DNA of 64,000 bases from Euprymna scolopes (Eukaryota), in assembly GCA_053919585.1 (NCBI GenBank), contig CM132792.1. The stretch is one strand, 5' to 3'. Shown here in pieces: positions 34,951 to 46,700 of this stretch. The notes beneath the pieces are model-generated. The model saw only the letters and a program-made list of their open reading frames with translations, was not told where the DNA came from and searched no databases. A program made the position numbers and the translations under genes. The first letter of the stretch is position 1. The number at the start of each line of letters is the position of its first letter.

Positions 34951-36499
34951 AACTCAGAGTTGTTTCGATTTTAAGGTTGTATCTGTATTACTTTGTGTAA
35001 CTTTTGAATTTGTAAACATCCTAAAAATTTCACTTGCTACAATTCGAATTTTGATTCCGATCCATCAAGCAAAGTATTCCTCTGGGTTCATAACCTCTTG
35101 AATTGAAAGCCATGTTTAATTTCAGAAGAATTTACGGTTGGTAACTATTCTGTACAAATTCTGAAGATGGAGAATTTTCGGTGGATAGCTGTTCTGTATA
35201 AGTCTTGAACATTATACTTTTAAAGGTAAAGAGTAAAAGATCTTTCTCGTGTTGACATGAAAAAATTATGTGCCAGAATACTAAAAGATTCAATATTTTT
35301 ATGGAGCAATTCTGGTTTTTGATTGATTGCTAGCGAAACGTGGCTCACCTTCCAACTTTCGGTGATCATACCCTATTTTTATATAAAAAGTTTTGGGTGT
35401 CTTCTTGATTTAAGTGTCTTGTCATATGAGTTTGCAAAGGACCTTATTATTTACAGAGCCACACTTTAGACTAAATCTCAACCTTGTTAAGATGTATATG
35501 TGGATAAGTGTCACATCTGCAACCAGTATAACCAAACATTTGTTGCTATTTGGACTAGCTGTCTAAACTCTGGAATGACAATGACCTAGATGCTTTACTT
35601 GACTTTGGGAACACAATAACAAGTTGCCAAATATCCCTATTACCAGAAGAAAAATGCTCTTTCTCTGAAGAAAGCTTATTGGACATTTCTCATTGTGCAG
35701 TTGGTTGCGACTATCAGCATCAAACAAAAGGCGGTGACAGAAGACGAGAGGATTGAATTAAAGTTGTTACAATATTTTTATGAGGTGCAGACAGCAAACA
35801 CCATTTTTCTAATATTTTCAATAGCTGCTTCAATTTCTCTGCTCTCAACTCTGTATCATCATTTTATGTTCTGTATTTCTTGAATCTTTCATTTTGTTAT
35901 TTATCGCATCTCCTATATAATATTTTGATTGCAGAAATTCCCCTCTGGATCCAAGTACCATATGTTTACAACAACAGATGTCACATACAAATTTATTATG
36001 TCTAGACTATTAGTCAGTATCTTATGTAACTTTAGAACACCATTTTAGACACATTTAGTCGTTATGATAACATCCTATATTACATCCTAGGAGCAACTTC
36101 ATCACAATCATAACCATCTTTAGAGGAAGTAGTTCCTTATTTTCCCTCTAAATTAGCAAGTCCTCCTACCGCCCCCACTCATCACCAGGAGTCACTTTCG
36201 ACAGATATGGGGTTGCACCCTTATTAACTGGATCCTACACTCATAGACATACCATGATCTTTCCATTTCCAAATTCAAAAATGATAAATTCTCCCTTCTC
36301 ACATTGGCTTACAGCTGACAATGCATTCATTCCAGAATCTAAATCTTATTGCAAAAACGAACGCGCCAGAAATTTATAAATCTGGCGTCGCTTATTAAAT
36401 ACTGTTTTCCAACATATCGACACATGCTGATAATTAATTATTTCATCCTTTTTTTTTTTTTATAAGCTACATAAATCTTTCTTTTTTTAAAGTTTGATT

Positions 36500-37330
36500 T
36501 AGTATTATTCTTTCTTTAGTTATGCTAAATAAAAAAAAAATAAACTGGATTAAGCGATTAATATAGCCAAGACCAGCATTTTGACGAACCAGAAACTGAC
36601 AGTTTATTTACTTCAAAAATCACCTTATGTATGCTTTGGAAGTCTATAATTTGACTAAAAAAATTTTTTTATGCTAAATAAAAAAAATTACAACAGATTA
36701 AGCGAATAATATAGCTGAGGCCCGGATTTTGCCGAAAACTTACACTGACCTACATTGCTTGACTCTAACATTTACTTTTTTTTTAAACTTCAATGTACTA
36801 AAATTCTTTCTTTAGTCACACCGAATAAAAAAAAAAAAAACTGGATTAAGCGATTAATATAGCCGAGACCCGGTATTTTGATGAACCAGAAACTAACAGT
36901 TTATTTACTGCAAAAATCTCCGTCTTTGAAAACCTTTCAAATGCCTATTTCTGAATATTGGACTAAAATTCTTTCTTTTTGCACTAAATAAAATAAAAAT
37001 TACAACAGATTAAATGAATAATGTAGCCGAGACCTGAATTTTGCTAAAAACTTAGACAGTGACTTATATTGCTTGACTCTAACATTAATTTTTTTTCAAT
37101 TTACTAACATTCTTTCTTTAGTTACGCTAAATTTAAAATTAAAAAAAAAAAACTGAATAAGCAATTAATATAGCCAACACCAGGATTTGGACAAACCAGA
37201 AATTGACAGTTTATTTACTTCAAAAATCTCCTTATGCATGCTTTGGAAGCTTTTACACTGTCTATTTTTGTCTATTTGACTGACATTCTTTCTTTTTATG
37301 CTAAATAAAATAAAACAGTTTAAGTGATTA
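36500..37330. repeat. ~300-bp tandem repeat (~2.7 copies), each unit made of two related ~150-bp halves
   Basis: ttctttctttagt..aaactggattaagcgattaatatagcc recurs at ~36508, ~36803, ~37110; second half attaagcgaataatatagc is related. Confidence 0.85.
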
Positions 37331-37498
37331 GTACAGTAACCTTTTTCCCTCTCCTATTGCAAAATTCATTCATGTTCGGCAGGGCAGGGAACAAAAATGA
37401 TAAAATCCACAACTAAACCAAAAACACTGCAAACTAGTAACTGAAGATGCAAAGAACTTGAAGAATAAAATCCTTCTACAAAATAACTGGATGCAACA

Positions 37499-38125
37499 TT
37501 TTTTTTTTTTTACAAAGGAATCGCCACTTATCAAGGCCCATAGACCACTCGAGGGTTAAAGAGTGTACAGTGATCAAAAGGACAATATCATAGTAATTGT
37601 TAGAAATGTAAATTAGGTAAATTGTATTACTTAAGGCGAACAGTTCATCAAGAACTTGTTTACATTGGGCTTGAAGATGGCCATATTGTAATCAGCTGGA
37701 AAGCAGATAAACAGAAGAGTTCCACAGGTGTGCAGTTCTAAAAAAGCTTTGTTCATGGAATCTACGTTTAGGTTTAGGCACAGATAAAGAATGGGGGAAA
37801 TTATTGATAGTGTTTACAGCCAAACGAGTGTTTCTCGCGAATGTTTGGCGAGGGAGGAACCATAGATTGGAAAACCATAGATTGGATGAGCACTTGCCAT
37901 GAAAATAATGATAAAACGGAGACAGGCTTGCTACATCTCTTCTTTGAGAAAGAGGCTGAAGGGAAGTGAAAAGGGCATCCCCTCACTAGGCTACAAAGTC
38001 TATTCTGAATTCTGTCAAGGCAGGATAAGATCTTCCTGGAAGCTCCTGCCCAGATTTGACAGTAATACTCCATGCTTCGACATACCTGCCTCTTATATAG
38101 GTAGAGATACTACTGGATCGATAGA
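37499..38125 (-). mobile_element. Older CR1-group LINE 3' fragment with poly(A)
   Basis: MEYYCQIWAGASRKILSCLDRIQNR homologous to MEYCCHIWAGASATCLSLLDRVQKR; T-run at the left end; related 3' end relic at ~39245-39490. Confidence 0.8.
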
Positions 38126-38129
38126 AAGA

Positions 38130-38345
38130 TCATGTTATGAATACTATTTCCAAAGTAACAGGATTTGTCATTAAATAACCAGAAAAAGTTTGATATGCCA
38201 TAAAACAACCAAACCAAATTCTACAAATGTAATTTTGGATATAAAGAACTTGAAGCATAAAAACTGTTTCCAAATTAACTGGATTCGGCATTAAGTAACC
38301 TGAAAAGTGTTGATATGCCATAAAACAAAACCACCAAACTAACAT
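38130..38345 (+). repeat. Two ~120-bp tandem copies of a retroposon-tail-like unit (..ttgatatgccataaaacaa(a)cca..)
   Basis: Direct repeat at 38140-38220 and 38260-38340 ending in aacc micro-repeats; SINE/LINE tail identity is inferred. Confidence 0.55.
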
Positions 38346-38800
38346 TCCTTTCCATTCATTACTCTTTGAACAGGAAATTTAAGATTTCAAGAGATAAATG
38401 TATTCCCCTTAAAAATAACAGCTTTGATAACAAATTGTTCAAGGGTAGATAATTTTTTCAATTCTATAGTCGACCAATAAATTGTACATTTTTTTTTTCT
38501 TCTCTTTATATCATCTGTCTTTTATTCTGTTGCTACACATTTTCCTCTTTCCACCAACTCTCTCATTGCCATCTGCCACCATCTAAAAATGGTTAATGTA
38601 CAAAAAAAGATTTATTGCTTTATAGAGATTACTTAGAGAGATATATTTAGATGATCTATCAAATTAAATATTTATGAGAATCTGATTTATATTCTTGTGT
38701 TTAGTATTAATGTTTTTAGTTAAAATAATTGAAACTTATTCATGTAAATCTGGATTGTTATATTTTTCTGTTTAACATTTTTAATGTTTTTCTCCTTCAG

Positions 38801-38902
38801 AAAGCCAAGAAGTTAGATTTAAGTGGTGTTGTCATAGTTGACACAGATAACAACACCCTCAACCAGGAATATGATGATGCCAGTGCTTTACCAGATGAAA
38901 TG
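38801..38902 (+). CDS. DENND1: DENND1-like internal exon B
   Basis: ccttcag|AAA..GAA ATG|gtaaat; 102 nt, phase 0 to 0; KAKKLDLSGVVIVDTDNNTLNQEYDDASALPDEM resembles DDVVILNVDTNTLETPFDDLQSLP of DENND1A (recalled, not searched). Confidence 0.88.
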
Positions 38903-39519
38903 GTAAATATTTTAATTATTTGCATCCTCTTAAGCATGACTTTATTTAAAAAAAATAAATTCCATTATATTCAAGAAATGACACTAAACATTTGCACTTT
39001 CAGTCACCGCTTATCAAGGCCTTATTTGATAAATCTAGAACATTTCATTAAAATTTTCAATAATTATTTTTGCACAGCTGAAAATCATCCAGCTTTATTT
39101 CTGTGAAAAAAGGGGAAAAAATTGAATGTTCTTAGTTTTACAGTGTACAATTAAATCATTAGGTGAATAATAATCAATGAATCTTACATTATTATGCTTA
39201 CTACTGAGATTAGCAGAAAAATTCAATATGTAATGTATTTTTGACTAATAACTTATCAAGGCTAAATACCACTCAAGGGTAAGAATAAGTGGAATAAATA
39301 TATTGTCAATTGAAAGATGAATAAAGCTATGTGGAGATTGAAAATAATGAAATTAAAATTTGGTTACTTATGATTGTAGTTTCTAAGTAGGCATCTGTTC
39401 ACATTGAATTAGAGAACAACCTTGTAACCTATGAGAAAAGTTTCCTTTGATAACGTGTTCTATGGATAAATTTTTGAAAAGAAACTTCACTCGTGAAAAC
39501 TCTGATGTTATACACACTG

Positions 39520-40400
39520 AGGTAAAAATGCTGTGCTTGTGGATCTTGGGCGTTTACTACTGTTTGATTGACACTCTAAATGGAAAGGTATGAGTTAAGA
39601 CTAAAGCCACAAGTGAAATGTTGGTAGCAATAATAAAGCATCTAATCAATGAATACAGCTTGGTTGATATTACACCGATTCTATTGGAGCAGAATGTGGC
39701 TGATAAGTTCACTCTAGCGCTCAAAGAGATTGATTACTATAAAAAGACGGGGATCTAATCTTTTGTTATTGACATGTGCATTCCTAACAAATCAATTGAC
39801 ACCTGATCAGATCCACATAATATATTGGAAAAGTGGACATTCTTGAATTTTTCACACTACATATATTGTCCAAAAAGTTCTTCCTGTAATTATGAAGGTA
39901 GTAATCAAGGCAGCCATATTTTCTGACATTGACAGCTTGTAGACCAATGTGTTCCACATTATGGTGTCTGCTGGCACAACAGGATACATCAAGCTATATA
40001 TCTCAATAAGGATTCGTTTTTTTTTTAACATATCCTTCCATTCAAAATATCAACAGATCATGCTTTGATATTGCAATGTCATTATTTTCACAAATGTACA
40101 AACAAATGAGTAATTAGAATTTGTTACTAATGCACTTATGTCCTGGAAGCTAACAATATAGCGCACCATCTAAAGAATTGCAGCCATGAAGCAATGCTTG
40201 ATTTAAGAAGCCATATACTGATATAATGTGACACCCAAGGATGATTTAACACCATTAACTGCACCAGGCAATGATATCCATGTACATATGAAGTCAAATG
40301 TCAAAAAATCAAACTGGTGCAGATCCAGGAGAAATGAATGTTCAAGGATGCCAAAATTAGCATCATAGGTAAATTGTATTACATTAAGCATTTTAAAGTA
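39520..40400 (+). mobile_element. Old AT-eroded relic of the G2 Gypsy family (RH-IN)
   Basis: DTLNGK..VKTKATSEMLV, LINEYSL, QNVADKFT, YNVTPKDD align to G2 DTLTSKARERTKAASEMLI, LVTEYNL, YNLADKLT, YNTTPKDA. Confidence 0.75.
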
Positions 40401-40849
40401 ATGTTACTGGTTTCATATTATTTATTGTATTTAAATTTTTTTCGGAATCTATTTTTGTGTTATTAGCTAAAAATTCTTGTAAATCAGGTGTGGCAGTTAT
40501 GTTTTGGTAAATTGAGATTGAGGCAAGATGCATGATGAGTCAGTAAGAGAGGGTAGTGGTAGTAAAACTAACTATTAGCTTTGTTGTTGCAACAGCAGTA
40601 TTATCCCAAAGAACACTTAAACTTATAACATCAGTACTTTCTAATGTTTTATGGATTAGTGGGAGTTGGGAGGGGGGGGGGGTAAGAACATTTTTTGCCT
40701 ATAATTTTTTCTCGTAAATGAGTCCAATTTTATTGTCGATTTGACTACAATATTTTTTATGGCTTTTTCTTTTAATCTAAAATTTGGATTCATTCAATTA
40801 CAATAGTAATCGATTAATATAGTTCAGATTATGATGTTGCATATTATTT

Positions 40850-41570
40850 GTAGTGGTATTCATTAAGTTTTGAATCATTAAACAATATAATTAGAAAAAT
40901 GTAAATAAGGGCTGTTTTATATTTTTTAAATCAATGAATAGTGTTTTCTGTTGAAGGAAATTTTGCAAAATTTAATAGATTTTTACAATGACTAGTTTGT
41001 AGGAATGAGGACTTTTGTTCTTGTAATTTAATAGACTAGAATTTAAGCTGTTTGTTTTTATATATAAGTAGAAATGTTAAATGGATTATAGAGATTGAGA
41101 ATATCAAGGAATGGGATTTTATTATTTACATTTAGTTCTATGGGTAATTTGAGAATAGTTTTTCTTAGAAAAGGTTGTAGTTTGTGTATTTGGTCGTTAT
41201 CAGTCAAAAATAAGAATAATATCAACATGTGTAAATAGAGCTTTATAATATTAAATATTTCTTTCAAGGTAAAATTTTCTAAAGTCATCCTAAAAACCAA
41301 GCGCTTTTAACTCTGTCAATTTGAGTTTAAATATTTTCCTTGATATTTTTTTATGAATTTTAAGTGAAGAGAGATAGACAAGTTATTTTTATATTATTGC
41401 TAATTATATCAGTTGTTTCTTTTAAATGAGTGTTTTACATCAAGAGAAGCAGTTATTTTATTTTCTGGTTGTTTAGTTTGTAGAATTTGTAAAAGTTCTT
41501 GTGTAGACTTTGCACTATATCTAAAGGGGTAAATACAGGCTATATTTATTTAGAATGTTAATAAATATAT
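40850..41570 (-). mobile_element. Penelope-like RT relic
   Basis: IELNVNNKIPFLDIL and STQELLQILQ..ITASLDV motifs typical of PLE RT; degenerate. Confidence 0.65.
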
Positions 41571-42223
41571 GGGAATAGTAATTTATAATAAAAAATATGA
41601 AATTTGCATGAATTATCATATTTAAGCATATTTTACGACCGGGCAATGTCGATGGCCTACTAGTAAATTTGATTGTCATGTCAAGTATCAGTCAGTTTAA
41701 AAGGGAAATAACTAAAACCTTTTAAAAATCGTAATTTGTTTATCTTTAATGGCTTACTGAACTAAACTATTATTTTACTTTTCTGCAATCCTTATCATTA
41801 TCAAAGGCAAGCTATCTTAGATGTTTCATTCCTTCAGACAGATTGAACTTGATTTTTCTTTTTTGAGAAGTTTTCTCCCAAAATATTAAAATCAACACAG
41901 ATTTTAACATTAACAGTAAATTTTATAGTTATAGATATTTGTAAAAGATTTTTTTTTTTTTTTTGAAAAATGGATAATTTTGAAGATCAATACTATAAAT
42001 ATTGTCTTCAATAATTTGCTTTTGTTGATCTACTTTCATGATTCCTGGTTTTCTGCATTTCTTTTTAATACTGATATTCTTTTTTATGAAAACACTTCTC
42101 ACAAACTGCTATACACTTATTATTCTATTTGTATTCTTTTCTCTGTTTGTATATTTTTATATTTGAAATTTACCAGCTAACACACAATTAAATATATTTT
42201 CTATATTTTCTATATTTTTTTAG

Positions 42224-42332
42224 CTTTCTATTTTGAAGAAAATGTTACGTAGTGATAAATTGAGGTCATCAATGCAATTAGAAGGAGATGCAATTTCTCG
42301 GGCATTTCTTATGAGTTTGGTTCGCACCATTG
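42224..42332 (+). CDS. DENND1: DENND1-like internal exon C
   Basis: ttttttag|CTT TCT..ACC ATT G|gtaagt; 109 nt, phase 0 to 1; LSILKKMLRSDKLRSSMQLEGDAISRAFLMSLVRTIG resembles SSLKNRLKK..GDGVARAFL..FFG; phases of exons A, B and C join in frame. Confidence 0.88.
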
Positions 42333-42394
42333 GTAAGTTTTCAAAATTATGCAATTATTATTTGTAATTTGTAGTTTTAATATCCACTACTACT

Positions 42395-42960
42395 AAATAT
42401 CAACTCTTGATATGTAAGTCATGTTGTTGATGTTCTTGACATATGACCAAACACAGATGTCCAGCGGGTTCAAGTCGGGGGAGTAGAGGGGGGGCAGTGA
42501 GAGAAGAGTACAAAGTCGTAGACCTCCTTCTGAAGCCAAGCCTGGGTCTCTTTGGACTTGTGAGCTGGTGCTGAGTCCTGCTGCCACACCCAGGGTCTGC
42601 CAGCGGCTACCTGATCACACTCTCCAGTACATCCAGATACACTTTGGTGTTGACTTTCATGCCGGTGGCATGATGTGGCCCTCACTTGAAACCAAATAAC
42701 ATAACCGTGGCTGGAAACGTGTTCATCACCCTGAGCATGTCCCTGTTATTTGTGGCAATCCAGCAATGCATTTTGACAATGGTCCTGTTGTTATAACTTG
42801 GATTAGTAGAGAGCATGAGTTGTCCAGCAGCCCATCTCCAATTTCAGACATGATAGAAAGCTCCTATCATTCTTGAGATTTGTACACTACTAGGCCAACT
42901 AGTAGATGGTCTACAGGAAATGGAATCATGTGGTCATTTCTAGGGCGACAATTTTATCAT
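42395..42960 (-). mobile_element. Tc1/mariner-superfamily (maT-like) transposase relic
   Basis: WVWQQDSAPAHKSKETQAWL and SPDLNPLDICVWSYV DDD-domain motifs; frameshifted. Confidence 0.85.
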
Positions 42961-43759
42961 TCCATCCTATATAAAAATTTGATCATCCATTAAAAAGTTA
43001 AAGAACTCAAAGTTGAATGGTAATGCATTTTATGTTCAAGAAACTGAAATCTAATATATTTTAAAATGTTTAAAAATGAATATAATGCAATATTTCTTGA
43101 TAAATTGCCCCTCTGCCACCTCAAAATATGTGATTCTACCTTTTTTTTAGGCAGTTATATAAGAATACTCTGAAAAACTTGGTAGAAAAGAAAATAACAA
43201 AAATATAAATTTAATATAAAAATTTAATGTAAAATAATCCCCAATGTCAGGGCCATTTTTGGGCAGTTTACCCATTTTCTTCTATAGGAAATAATCACAT
43301 ACATTTTTTTTTTTTTGTGAGGGGATTGGTTTTTATTTAGACTATCATGTGTGGTTTTAAGAGTCTGTGAGAGGAGGAGTTTTACCACTCAGACTTAGGG
43401 TTAGTGGTAGGACTAGGGCAATTAGCTATGAACATTAACAAAGTGAGGGTTAGTTTCACATAAACTTTATGAAAAATAATCCATCATTTCTGGGCTATTC
43501 TAGCGTTTTATGGCAGTTAATCAATTTATTTTTTTATGAGAGATAAATTCTGTGGGTTTTTTTTTTGGTTTTTTTTTAATTTTGCTTTGTTTCTGTTTTT
43601 TTTTTTTTCTTTGGACAATTGTATGGTATAAGAGGATTTGTACGATCAGGGTTAATCACTCAGGCTTAGGTTTAGTGGTAGAGTTAAGGTAGTTACGTAG
43701 CTACTATTCAAACTTGGGATTAGTTAAGGGAGGTTTTTTTTTGGGGGGGGGGGGGTCTT

Positions 43760-46700
43760 GAGAGTAAAAGTCCCTTAATGGGGCCACCTGTTTGCCGTGG
43801 GTGGTGACCTGTGACACCTTGGAACGTGATCCTGGTGGTTGAAGGTTGCGGAGGATAGAAATGATTTCTTCCCCTTCCCAACACGCCACTTTGGTCCTTA
43901 CCTTGGCTAGACGGGCAGCCAGAGAAGCCCGCTCCGATCAATCGGCTGGTCACGCCTAGCCCTAAATCAGACAAACATAACAAGAAAACATGCTTGTGCT
44001 CTCCACATTAGACAATAAACTGATTTAGTAAGTGGTGGCTGAAGGGTCAATCAACTTGCTGAGTACGGACGAAACATGGCTGGAAAACCAACATCCCTTC
44101 CAAAAATAAGGCTCTTGGAGGGAATGAAGGAAACACAGGTGCTGGAATCCAACAGTAAGAAGAGTATACTTCTGCTGTATCCCTGTCGTGTTGGGACAAA
44201 TGGGCCCTCCACCCAACACTTCCCACATAGGGCTCCGAGGCAGATGGGGAGCAGCAGAAGTGGAAAATAACCAAAAATAGAAATGGAAAAAAAGAAAAAG
44301 CCTCCCAAAAGATATAACATGGAAATATTGAATATTTCCAGCTCAGAGGAAGAACTACTACAAAATCAAAACTTTCCAAGATTGATTATCCTGGAAGCTG
44401 AAGATGACAACCCCCTGACAAGACTGTCCCCATTCTTGATAAAGAAAGAAATCGCTGCAAGAATATCACCCAAAGCAGTTAAGAATTTAAGAAATGGAAC
44501 AATTCTAGTAGAAGTGAATAAAAAAAAGATGCCAATATCCTTTTAAAAATGGAAAAATTCCATAATAAAAAGATCAAAGCATAACCGCACCGTAAAATGA
44601 ATTGATCAAAAGGTGTTATAAGAAGCAAAGAACTATCATACTGTTCAATTGATGAAATAAAAATCGAACTAAAATCCCAAGGACTAACAGACATAAAAAG
44701 AATATCCATTAAAAAAAAAATGGAAACTCAATTTTAACTAACACCTATATCATAACGTTTAACACACCAAAGGCCCCAACAGAAATAAAAATTGGTTATG
44801 CAATTGTAAAAGTTGAACTATTTATACCAAACCCCCTTAGATGTCAAAAATGTCAAAATTTCGGACATCACCTGTATGTGGCAAATGTAACCAAAGAAAC
44901 CCAGACCACAATTATAACGAGTGTATAAACAAATGCAAATGTGCAAACTGTGGAGAAGATCACCCAGCCTACGCAAGGAGCTGTGATATATGGAAAAAAG
45001 AAAAAGAAATTGTAACAGTAAAACAAAAACAAAATATATCATTCCCCAAAGAAAGTAAAATTGTAGACGGATATATGACTGAGAAAAGTTATGCACAAAT
45101 TATCAAAGAGGAAATTACAGAAAAAATAAATAAATACGATATACTCATTAAAAATTTCATAACTGAAATAAAACTAATAATTACAGATACCACAAAAACG
45201 AACACATACCCTGAAATAAACCAAAACAAAGAAAAGAAAAACCAACAAAAAAAGCAACACCAAATCAAACAGAAATAGAATTTGCACAAATCCCTAGCAT
45301 ATCCAGAATCAAAGAATTACCAATACAAGAAAGAATTAACAAAAAAGAGAATGAAACAAAGCAAGAACTAAAACCCTCCTACAGAACATCACGATCACGA
45401 ACAAAAACAAATAAAAGCCCTAGCTCACGATCCAAAGATAAAGACAAGCAAAAAAACACTATGCCTCCAGGACTTGAAAGTCATGGAGATCAAAGAATCC
45501 AACAACCCAAAACAAGAGAAAGAAAATATAAACCATGGCTAACAAAATCCTACAATGGAATATAAGAGGATTAAAAATTAATATCGAAGAAATACAAATA
45601 CTCATCAAATCCCTATGTCCTGCAATAATCTGCCTACAGTTCAATCAAAAAATAAGCTTAAACCAGGCCTAGGGACAAAGAAATCCAACTCACCTCCTCC
45701 CTTGAGGCTTGCATTCACTAACATCCGTGGGCTTAGAACTAATTTAGCTGATGTTGAAGCATTTCTCCTAACAAATACCCCGGATATCTTAGCACTAAGC
45801 GAGACTAACCTACACTTCTCCATCCCCTCTAACTACTTTAATATGCCTGGCTATCTCCCACACTGCCGTAAGGACTCTGACAGACATATGCACGGACTTG
45901 AAGTCTACATTCGTAACACCCTCCCCCGACTAGAGAAACAAACCTAGAAACAGACGATCAAGCCTTTATGTGCTTTAGACTAAACATACAACACAACATT
46001 AGCTACTTTTATTTTCTCTACCGCTCTCCCTCGACCATAATAAACAAAGTCTCTGACAGCATAGACACAGCACTCTACCTCGACACTAGCGCACAAGTAC
46101 ATGTATTTGGTGACTTTAATGTTCACCACAAAAACTGGCTTGGATTCTCTACTCACACAGATGCAGCAGGCAGCACAACACAGTTTTGCTATATCTCACT
46201 CCCTATCACAAATGGTTACGTTTCCAACCCGTTTCCCTGACCAGCAAGAACAACAAGCATCACTTCTAGATCTGTTTCTGACTACAGTTCCCGAGGATTG
46301 TACAACAAATGCTGACAGCCCACTCGGGAACGCTGACCATGCAGTGATAATGGTAGAAATCGCCCTAAATTCTAGACCCAAAACTGAAGAGCCAGTGCTC
46401 AAAACAACGAGATATTATAAAAAGGCTGACTGGGAAGCCATCAGAGATCTTATCAGGGATGCCCCATGGGGAAATATTTTTTCTCTTCCTGCTGAACAGT
46501 GCACAAATGAGACCACTGACTGGTTCAAAACAGCAATGGAAGCACATGTTCCCATGCGGAAATTTTATAGCAAGCCCCACTCTCCCCAATGGTTTACTTC
46601 GACTTGCGCAACTGCCATTGCTCAAAGGCAGCATACATACCGCAGATTTAACTGACATAAGTTCAGTTCAAACAAACAGAAGTATATAGAAGCTAGAAGT

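Noticed and set aside
38729-39106. 125-aa ORF (and 79-aa ORF 28998-29237) as stand-alone genes
   Set aside because: Only the internal splice-bounded parts are DENN-like; the remainder is intron read-through
43770-43860. Possible HDV-like ribozyme in the I-group LINE 5' UTR
   Set aside because: GC-rich and plausible by position, but I could not build the nested double pseudoknot by eye
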